From assembly GCA_020429915.1 (NCBI GenBank), contig JAGQKV010000005.1, positions 136,279-200,278 on the forward strand: DNA of 64,000 bases. Reading direction: 5' to 3'. The position numbers and the translations under genes are program-made. Position 1 is the first letter of the stretch; each line of letters starts with the position of its first letter. This document shows, piece by piece, positions 32,201 through 39,900 of the stretch. The DNA comes from Candidatus Omnitrophota bacterium. Lineage in GTDB: Bacteria > Omnitrophota > Gorgyraeia > Zapsychrales > Zapsychraceae. Under the pieces are notes generated by a model. That model did no database searches. It was not told the DNA's origin and saw nothing but the letters and a program-made list of their open reading frames with translations.

Positions 32201-33172
32201 GATCCGGCCTTGGATTGTACCGGATTACAGCTGAATGATGCCAACGGCTGGCGGACAGCTGTCCGGGATTCTCTGTTGATGGCTAACCCTACATGTGACA
32301 TCGCACCCGGAGGCTGGCTGGATCTGACCGGGACTTCGGCTATTGAGGCTGCAAATCAAGTTATAAAGATGCAATTGCGCCGCGACTTTCTCGAGGATCT
32401 CGTCAACGATATGAATCAGTTTATCGTCACCATGAATACGGCCCGGATCAAGTTTTATGAGTTTCTGACGGCCCCCGGCCCAGTGGCCGACCTGATTCAG
32501 GCTCGATTTGACTATGATGCGAATCCACCGGATCATTTCCCGTTCCAGGCCATTTATGGCTGGCAGGATCCGATCCCGCCTGAAATTCGTCTGGGAGCCC
32601 CGGGAGGCGAATCCTATTGGCATATCGTCAAAGTTGAGGGACGAATGCCCAAGAGGTGTGACAATGCCTGCGGTGTAGGCGGAAATCCGGATCCCGAGTG
32701 GCCCAAAGTCCGCACATATACCAAGAAGATGGGATTGAAGCGATGTTATGAACTGGTTAACACAGATGGTATCGTCAAATTCCGTGTGTTACGTTTTGAC
32801 GAGGCGCCTAATTCGACGGGAAGTGGTCTCACATTCCCGAACGGACAGCCGCTGTGGAAATTCCGTTTCTTCCACCCCAGCCCTAATCGAGGGGATGTTG
32901 ATGCCGCTACACTGGGGACCACATGTGACTCGATTATGATCACAGATCCCAGAGTGCCGGTAGATACGTTCAAAGGGGCGTTTTTCATGAACCAGCGGGT
33001 CGGAACTGGAGATACAGACCCTGTTTTGGGGAATAATTGGAACTGTTGGAACAGAACCCACTTCATTCTTGCCAATGGCGGGATTGGAACAGAAGTGTGC
33101 GCACAATATTACCTTAAACAGGGTGTTCGCCCCGGTATGACATTTTCATTTATCCCTTGCGAAGCGTTCTAA
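29252..33172 (+). CDS. Giant TadG-like pilin-domain protein (1306 aa) with two extra TM helices and an extremely Cys-rich extracellular region
   Basis: Start at the ATG 29252, just after the upstream gene's stop at 29247. N-terminus SKKG|QVAVVILLIVAFALIFYAATLNLGRIG is TadE/G-like (PF13400 type). More than 70 Cys, in CxxC, CC and CxC clusters. Confidence 0.7.
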   Translation: MTKFLHNLQRSKKGQVAVVILLIVAFALIFYAATLNLGRIGQNKVVTQIGAAQGASALASAMASYGQSLFMQQLGGRQKKCQSSGLLGAILGFVLAVVLTIFLWEAAPATMQLAAQALLVIGTVLAATSLVLQITVIQPGITSAWNSLAADLLPLVDQFMENALRGALQSATSDPVQVPDLNDMDLDGSFGLDAVTSEAIDNISRFSLYYAQIFDGITVNFIPEAENFQVALQDFVYQLPPVGPNTTAGGLPATCGAAPACGPDQECVDVETAPVCVPAWGLWDPLPEYFVPGPIRPPPIDVIYPFTIPQDLTHPCFSDPANVPSVCNPCCLPLTTPDPRGPSFGQLRARPGCCECSTLPSVITIPDPTDPTGVATIDVFNPDFCTVDGCIDACGGPLQCPVNAASRACCDACGDITQECGTSATCQALSPYGFTEPTLGTFYAWVYNAYEENWENSFRSFREQLGRDDEHRLYFKDSSNPNWAPQFAPPWLGSRFYADDSTGFYIGLPVVPPAVGENRRGVFPFLWKITTWGYDLDDLTTPDPTDVDPIDDPFDQRCKWCDENRGVVCDPRLPYQMVQLNLPFDPTTLTIYPTYCVDTYIDNVSLIPSGGSLEYPAATCVDPDTYAGNAFWKRGADRFCSEGDIGGDSAWPYESQCPKYTDGGCFLDPNGNGVADCPAECDTNGNAIPALCQCGDPSATDPLLVRGDLFPEDVLDELIYGLTAFFDDANAFLARGRANIAIDFENWFNDWQAWIDPGPWANQADVLGDPAYPNPYPDCYPWDTDYDPSTPDVCQSEPGQLYYWLRNINLIHDELIEIKETSHAGVNCNRDPWCVPIAGCADVSAFEEVTFDYNANGINGDVEDIIACLTFNVDGYDYACNGGVPDATCLRATGDRQGNDFRYANCMLSCSAAACTNLPRSVLAPATYDPNAYVAANVLDEPDMSAMLLCVHSCGNPTCTALPANRSSDGTPYVYTATPPPAFDPALDCTGLQLNDANGWRTAVRDSLLMANPTCDIAPGGWLDLTGTSAIEAANQVIKMQLRRDFLEDLVNDMNQFIVTMNTARIKFYEFLTAPGPVADLIQARFDYDANPPDHFPFQAIYGWQDPIPPEIRLGAPGGESYWHIVKVEGRMPKRCDNACGVGGNPDPEWPKVRTYTKKMGLKRCYELVNTDGIVKFRVLRFDEAPNSTGSGLTFPNGQPLWKFRFFHPSPNRGDVDAATLGTTCDSIMITDPRVPVDTFKGAFFMNQRVGTGDTDPVLGNNWNCWNRTHFILANGGIGTEVCAQYYLKQGVRPGMTFSFIPCEAF

Positions 33173-33195
33173 GCTTATGTCTTGGAGGCATTTGT

Positions 33196-33558
33196 ATGCT
33201 TGTGCAAATTCATAGCCGTAAGGCTCAGTCCACAATTGAGATAGCCAGCTTGGTGGTCTTTGTGCTCACGGCAATGTTAATCTTTCAGAAATACATCGCG
33301 CGCGGTATGTATGGCCGCTGGAAACAGGTCGGTGAATCCTTCGGACAAGGTCGTCTTTACGATCCAATTACTTCAGTTGCCTGCGGCTACGATCAGTGGC
33401 AGGATACCGGTCTTTGGTTCAATCAAACCTGTTTTGACGAGGATTGCGGCGAACGGGATTGCGTCGCCGAGACCAAAGATGATGCTAACTGCGTAACATG
33501 TATTAGCACAACTTGTCGATCCAGTTATGGTGGTCGCGACGTATGTAACGATCCGTAA
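33196..33558 (+). CDS. Pilin-like protein 11 (120 aa, Ala at -1, Cys-rich C-terminus)
   Basis: Start at the ATG with a GGAGG SD. SRKA|QSTIEIASLVVFVLTAMLIF, plus the ARGMYGRWK motif. Confidence 0.65.
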   Translation: MLVQIHSRKAQSTIEIASLVVFVLTAMLIFQKYIARGMYGRWKQVGESFGQGRLYDPITSVACGYDQWQDTGLWFNQTCFDEDCGERDCVAETKDDANCVTCISTTCRSSYGGRDVCNDP

Positions 33559-33735
33559 TTTAAGATTGTAACGTCTTCTCTCCCTGCAATTTTTTTGTCA
33601 AAAACAATTTGACATGCCTTCATCGAAACGCCCCAAATTTTTGTGAAATAAGTTTTTGTCAGGGCTGGCATTTTTGTCGCGATATTGTATAATTATATGT
33701 ACGCTTGATAATCGAATAAGCGAAAGCGCGGAACT

Positions 33736-34593
33736 ATGCTGATCCTAATCCTACTTTTGGTCGCGGCCTCGGTAACATTAATCGGCTGGCAACTTATTCC
33801 GAGTGTCTACAGCCGCACGGCCGTTATCAGCGAGCGACGTCAACAAAAGCTCTCCAATACCATGGAGAAGGTGATGTCGCGGACGGATGCCCGCAAGCTC
33901 AGCCGGGTGTTCATTATGGCCCCGCTCATCCTTTCCGCGGGTTTCTATTTCATTTTCCCAGCAGAAATGCGGTTTTTTGGTATCGTCTTCGGTCTTATTC
34001 TGGGCCTCCTGTTTCCGGGTATTTATATCCAGATGTTGACCGGTAAGAACCGGGAAAAATTCGACGCGCAACTCATTGATGCCCTTATGATTATGTCCAG
34101 CTCCTTCCGCGGGGGGTTGAGTTTGGTCCAGGCCATGGAGGCCGTGGAGCAGGAAATGCCGGATCCGATCCGCAAGGAGTTCGGTATTGTCCTCGGGGAA
34201 AACAAGATGGGGGTTTCGCTGGAAGAGGCCCTCAACCACCTGTACAATCGTATGTCATCCATATCTTTGCAGCAAATGATCACGGCCATCTTGCTGGCCC
34301 GGGAAACCGGTGGTAACCTGCCGGTTATTTTTAATCGGATTGTAACCAATATTCGTGAAAGCCGAAAGATACAACAGAATTTGGATACACTTACGATCCA
34401 GGGGAAAATTCAGGGGGCGGTTATGACCCTGCTTCCCATCGGGTTCGGTTTTATTGTTTACTCCACGAACCCACAGATGATGGAAAATATGTTCACATCG
34501 CAACTCGGCCGCAGTTTGTTGATCTACGCGGCCTTTTCGTGGTGTATCGGGGCCTACATGGTGTGGAAAATTAGTACTTTTAAGGATTTCTAG
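33736..34593 (+). CDS. tadB: Flp pilus assembly inner-membrane protein TadB (T2SS-F fold)
   Basis: 285 aa, with TM helices and a cytoplasmic GspF-like domain. Confidence 0.8.
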   Translation: MLILILLLVAASVTLIGWQLIPSVYSRTAVISERRQQKLSNTMEKVMSRTDARKLSRVFIMAPLILSAGFYFIFPAEMRFFGIVFGLILGLLFPGIYIQMLTGKNREKFDAQLIDALMIMSSSFRGGLSLVQAMEAVEQEMPDPIRKEFGIVLGENKMGVSLEEALNHLYNRMSSISLQQMITAILLARETGGNLPVIFNRIVTNIRESRKIQQNLDTLTIQGKIQGAVMTLLPIGFGFIVYSTNPQMMENMFTSQLGRSLLIYAAFSWCIGAYMVWKISTFKDF

Positions 34594-34594
34594 T

Positions 34595-35467
34595 ATGTTT
34601 GCTATCTTATTGATTAACACATACTTATGTATATTTTTTATGATAATGGGACTAATCCCGGTGCAATGGGAACACCGTCCGACATTGAGCGCCTTGGGGA
34701 TTCAGCCCACGGCTCCGAAAAAGAAAAAAAGCCTGACTTCAATCATCCGGATTATTGCCAAGCTCAACAAGCCGGTCTGCCAAGGGGGGTTGCGGCAGCG
34801 CATCGAGAAGGAGCTGTCCATAGCGCATATCAATATCACGCCTGAGGAATTTGTATTGGCAAAAGAGTTATGTATTATACTCGTATTGTTTGTTACGTAT
34901 CCGGCGATTAGCCCGGATATGATGATGTTTTGGCTGTTCATGAGCATGGGGGTCGGGTATGTATTGCCGGAACTCCTTGTGCGCAATAAGATTAAGAAGG
35001 TGAAGGCGACAATTGTCAAAGAGTTGCCGGATGCGATCGACTTATTGGGGTTGTGTGTAAATGCGGGGCTTGACTTCATGCTGTCTCTCAAATGGGTGGT
35101 GGAAAAGTCACCACCCTCCGTAATGATCGACGAGCTCAACGTAGTATTGCAGGAAATTAATGTCGGGAAAACCCGCCGGGATGCTATCAAGGACTTAGCG
35201 GCACGTTATGAACTCCCGGATCTGTCCACTTTTTCCCGAACGCTTATCCAAGCCGACAAAATGGGGACTTCGGTTACCGAGGCCCTGAATATTCTCTCCG
35301 AAGACATGCGCCAGGCCCGTTATCGCCGCGGTGAACAGTTGGCCCTTAAGGCACCAATGAAGATGCTTGTGCCGCTGCTGATGTTCATTTTTCCGGTTGT
35401 AGGTATCCTGGTGGCCGGTCCGATTCTCCTCGACTTTATCGAAAACAATCCGTTCGAAAAGATGTAA
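34595..35467 (+). CDS. tadC: Flp pilus assembly inner-membrane protein TadC (T2SS-F fold)
   Basis: 290 aa, GspF-like (LPDAIDLLGLCVNAGLDF...). Its ATG is adjacent to the tadB stop. Confidence 0.8.
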   Translation: MFAILLINTYLCIFFMIMGLIPVQWEHRPTLSALGIQPTAPKKKKSLTSIIRIIAKLNKPVCQGGLRQRIEKELSIAHINITPEEFVLAKELCIILVLFVTYPAISPDMMMFWLFMSMGVGYVLPELLVRNKIKKVKATIVKELPDAIDLLGLCVNAGLDFMLSLKWVVEKSPPSVMIDELNVVLQEINVGKTRRDAIKDLAARYELPDLSTFSRTLIQADKMGTSVTEALNILSEDMRQARYRRGEQLALKAPMKMLVPLLMFIFPVVGILVAGPILLDFIENNPFEKM

Positions 35468-36136
35468 CGCGGGACTGCTTGCGAGATGGATGCTTAGTAG
35501 CAGCTTTTCTCCAAAGGGCTTTTTTGCGGTTCCGTGCCATTCCTCATGCACTTCCAATAGTTGACAAATAGCCACATCATTTTGCATACAAGTCCGTCCT
35601 TTGGCGGAATTCGCTGTTTCAAAATACCAGATGGGATTCGTGAAGTATTCGAATTTTTTGAACACTACATGCACGCTTTTTTTCTGTGGAAAGCACAACA
35701 TATGGGGGCCGCGGCCAAGGATATGACGAAAAATCTTCAGCGACACAAATTCAAAGGGCTCATATTTTCGTTCTAAGGCCCTTTTTTTGCGAGAAAGCGC
35801 TAAACGTAGGGGAATGTATTGTCCAAAAAGAAAACGTCCAAAATAGGGCTGTTTTTAGCCAGATTGGACATTTGCGGTTGGTGTGGAGCCTCAATCTGCT
35901 ACCACCACCAGTTGTCGTGACGTTCGGTCTGCATAATCACAAAGGAGCCATTGCGCTTTAGATTGCAAGTATCAGGTTCGTTCATCGGTCAGTATTTTCT
36001 GAAGGCGCCCGGTTCAGTGGGCTCTCATCACCGCGGATGCGGATGTATGTAAGCCTATTTAATAATATTTGTAATTTTTTAGCCGGATCAAAACACCTCC
36101 CGGCCGACGACGGTGTTTATACATGCGGAGACAACT

Positions 36137-36152
36137 TTTTCTCGACGAGAAT
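36137..36152. repeat. Copy 1 of 16-nt element TTTTCTCGACGAGAAT (13-bp palindrome TTCTCG-A-CGAGAA)
   Basis: Exact duplicate of the copy at 36332-36347. Lies inside the AT-rich spacer upstream of the giant ORF. Confidence 0.6.
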
Positions 36153-36331
36153 TACTACAATTTCTACATACAAGATAGGTATCTAGTTATTTTTTATGCT
36201 AGTAAAAATGCTAGATAATATTTGAAATCTTCCTATAAATATATTATAAATGTATATACGAATCATGATCTGACAGGCTGTGTCCGGGTATATCTGCGAA
36301 AACGTTTTCTTTTAGGTATTTTTACAGAACA

Positions 36332-36347
36332 TTTTCTCGACGAGAAT
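36332..36347. repeat. Copy 2 of 16-nt palindromic element
   Basis: Identical 16-mer 195 bp downstream of copy 1. Operator-like. Confidence 0.6.
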
Positions 36348-36448
36348 ATGGGCTAATTTAGCGAAATTTTATTGAAAATAAAACGTCTAATTTGTTGTAA
36401 GCCGTTTATTTGCAATAACATTTATTTGTAAAAATACTTGCTAAGTCG

Positions 36449-36476
36449 TTGATCTATATATATAATATGATATACT
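36449..36476 (+). promoter_or_regulatory. Candidate promoter TTGATC-16-TATACT
   Basis: AT-rich context. Lies 470 nt upstream of the giant ORF. Confidence 0.35.
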
Positions 36477-36646
36477 CTTACCATACGGGAACATGTGTGG
36501 TCGTTGTTTGAGTCGTAGGATTAATAAGTCAGGCGCCAGCACTTACTAATCAACGATTTATCAATGAATTCAACGGGGATAGCATGGTAACAGCTCCAAC
36601 CAAAAGACAAGATCTGTCCAAGCAAGTCGTCCATTCATTCAGCGCA

Positions 36647-36675
36647 GGCTGCCATTCACAGGCAGTCTTTTTTTT
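36647..36675 (+). terminator. Intrinsic terminator-like hairpin plus T8
   Basis: GGCTGCC-attcaca-GGCAGTC followed by eight T residues. Confidence 0.45.
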
Positions 36676-36945
36676 GTCCACCGAAACGAGTAATAAGAGA
36701 CCTTAATCATGATGGCTAGTACATTAATTCAGCTAATATATATTACTTTGACAATACATATAGTATTACACTTAATGGGAGAAAAAGGAAAATTCGGTAA
36801 ATTTAGTTGCCGATTAGTCAAATCATCACAAAGTGATGGCATATCGGCAAAGCGGTTGTATCAGGTTGCTCAGGCGCAAGCTGACGGCCGCAGGCAAATG
36901 TCCAATCAAAACTGGCGCTTTTTGGACATTTAATTATTCAGATTT

Positions 36946-39900
36946 ATGGACGAGAAGCCGGACAACTTGGAACCGGAAGAATCAGGAAATCCTAGCCCTC
37001 AGGGTGAGGATTTTCGTCTGTCTCCGGACTTGGTTAATCCCGATTCTCAGGCCGATACAGTTCCTGGCAAGACGCTGGAGTTGAATTTTGCCGAAGATGA
37101 CGACGTGGGAGTGCATCCCGGGCAAATTGACTTGGGCCCATACGTCGAGTCCGACCGCAAAATGCCGACCTTCCACAGCCGCTTCCATTCCTGGATGAAA
37201 GCCGTATCTCTTGCAATCATATTGGTTTTTGTTCCGGAGCAGGCCAGCTGGGCATTTAATTACAATCCGTTGGTTCTGTGGGGTGACAAATCTGCGTACC
37301 CGTCTCAATCGGCCGCTCAGCCGCATGGCGCGGAATTCAACGAGCTTGTTTCCGAACACATTGCCGGTAGTGTTTACAAATTGCTCGGAGACGTCGCCTA
37401 CAAGGACAATGCCCGAGTCAAATTGCAGCTTCCGGCTGGCGGGGCAAACTCAGACCAAGATGTTTCGTTGAACGTAAACATCAAGGGCGAGAATCCCTTT
37501 AATCTTGAATACATAAATCAGGTAGTATCTTGGTTGCGCCAGCCGGAAATCCATCCGCTTAACTGCGGGGTTTATGCGTTGCGGGATATCCTGACTGCGT
37601 ATGAAATTGATGTTGAGCTGGAGGAGTTGTCCGTTTCCTCGCTTGCTGTCGACTTGATGAGTCATATTGTCAAGCCGGGCGAGCCGAAGCTCAAGACCTC
37701 GTTGTATTCCATCAGCAAAATCGTCGACGCCTACGGCCTCGGATTTCGCAATGCCCGTCTGCCGCCGCAGGATGTTGCCAAAATCGACCCGCCATTCATC
37801 GCCAGTTTCAACAATGAACACTTCGTCACTGTCACCGCCATCCAGGACGGCATTGTATACTACAACGACATCGGCCGGCCTTCGCAACTGAGTGAAGCTT
37901 CTTTCGTTTCACAGTTGAGTGGTTTTGTCCTCGCCCGAAATCTCAACCAGCATCAAAACTTAGAAGTCGAATATATTCCGGATTCTATGGCCGCCTTTGT
38001 TTGGGGAGATAAGTGGCGCGACCAGTCTGACGACTTGCCGGGGATGTATGGTTTCTGGGATGAGTTCGGCGGCATCATCATCGGCTTGGCGCTGGCAGGG
38101 ATCGGATACGGTTTGGGGCAGCTGGCCGAAATGTACAAAACGGTCGATATGTTGGCCAAGCTGGCGCAACTTTTTGGTTCACTCGGTCAAATGCTGGGCG
38201 GGGGGATGGCCGCATTTGCGGTTAGCTTCGTGTTCTCTTATGGTCTTTCCCAGTTTGCTTCCTCGGTAGCGACAGTCTGTTACATGAAGGGCGCCTGTAG
38301 CGAAGAAGGGGCCATGTTGTTAAACATAGGTATCTCCGTCGGGGGGAATCTGTGGGCCGGAGGTGTAATTGAGGCCGCGAATGCCGGAGTAACGTCTGCG
38401 TCCGGAGCTACATTGGGAACCATGATGATGGCGGGACTCAAACAGGCCATGGTCAATTTGCCGTCGGCTCTCGCGTATTCTCTTGTTAAACGTTTTGTCA
38501 TGGTCAAGGTCGCCGAGTTTCTTATCAAGGAGTTGGATCTTGCGGACGAGGACGGCGAAGTAGATATCCTGACGCAAACCTTGGTTAATATTGTTGGGGG
38601 GGCTGTCGGTGGGATTATTGGATCGGCAGCCAGTGCTGGGGTGCAGTGGGTTGGTGGAAAGATTGTCGGAGACTCAGGCAATCAAGGCGGTTCCGTCACG
38701 CATGATTCCGAAGGCAAAGTCAACGGATACACGCCGAACTACTCTATATATACCAACGCCCAGGCGAGTGGTTTCTTTATGGATTTCATGAGCCAGGCGC
38801 TTACCAACGAGTTGACCGGGGCCTTTAACCAGCTCGTTGGTCTCGCTGGCCGATACCTTCTTGATGCTGTGGGGGTGGATGCGGATTCCGTGTTGTCTCA
38901 GGTGTTTGGGCAAATGATGTCTTCGCTGATGGCTGTCAGCATGGAGGCCTCGGCCGCCGCAGATTTGGACGAACATCGGGACGAGATTGAGGAAGAGCTC
39001 ACGAACATATTGGTGGAAGAAGGACACCTAAGAAGATCCGGCGATACATTGGAGGTGGTTGCAGACAAGAAACCTACGCAGGCGCAGATGGACGAGTACA
39101 CCCAGCGGGCCATGAACAAGGTCCGGGGAGGGATCGGTTTCCTGTCTCGCCTGAGCGGTGCTTTTTCGCAAATGGGCGGTGGCTTCATGAACCTTTTCAA
39201 CAGCGGGCGTACCAACAATAGCGGGACGCCGGGGGCGCCGCCTGTTGATCCGACAAATTTGGTCGGCACCGCACCTGGTTCCGAGGCGGGGGAAGGCAAG
39301 GGAGAAGGTAAGCTTGATTTAACGGCTGCTGTCGATTTGGCGCTGAACCAACAAGGAGCCGCAGTAAGCCTGTCGAATTTTCAGTTCAACCGGACCTTCA
39401 ATCTTATGACCCAAACCATGATGACCGAGGTGACCGGTATGATCCTGCGCGGTTTGATCAGTCTTGTGGCTGCCGCCGTCATGGACGTGATTGAAAATGA
39501 GTTTGTGGAAGGCGAACGCGAGGGGGTCAATCAAACGGACCGGTTCACGTTATTTATTACCCGGCTCATCACCTTCGGGGTGATGACAGGTGTTACGGCC
39601 GCCGTAGCCATTGCCACTTCCGAGGATGTGGTGACGCCCGACGGAAAAGCGGCTACGGCTGCAGCCGGGGAAAGTGGCGGCGCCACTGGCAGTTTCCTCA
39701 ACGCGGACCCGGATAACGCGACGACAAGGAACGGCATGTCCAAGAGCGAGCAGATGTGGTTTTTTGCGCTGGAGCCGTTTGCCAATCTGTTCATGGGTAT
39801 GGTGCGTAGTATGGCGACGGCCAACGGGACATCTCCGCTCTTCTTCTCATTCGAAGAAATCGGCAACGGCGGCCAGGCGTTAACCGATGAGCAGAAGAAT

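Noticed and set aside
35195-35746. 183-aa minus ORF overlapping the tadC 3' end and the spacer.
   Set aside because: Antisense to tadC over most of its length, with no motif support.
36709-36933. 74-aa ORF (MMASTLIQLIYITLTIHIV...) just upstream of the giant gene.
   Set aside because: AT-rich and Ile/Leu-rich as expected for random AT-rich DNA. No SD. It overlaps the candidate promoter region for the giant ORF. Kept only as a low-probability small membrane peptide.
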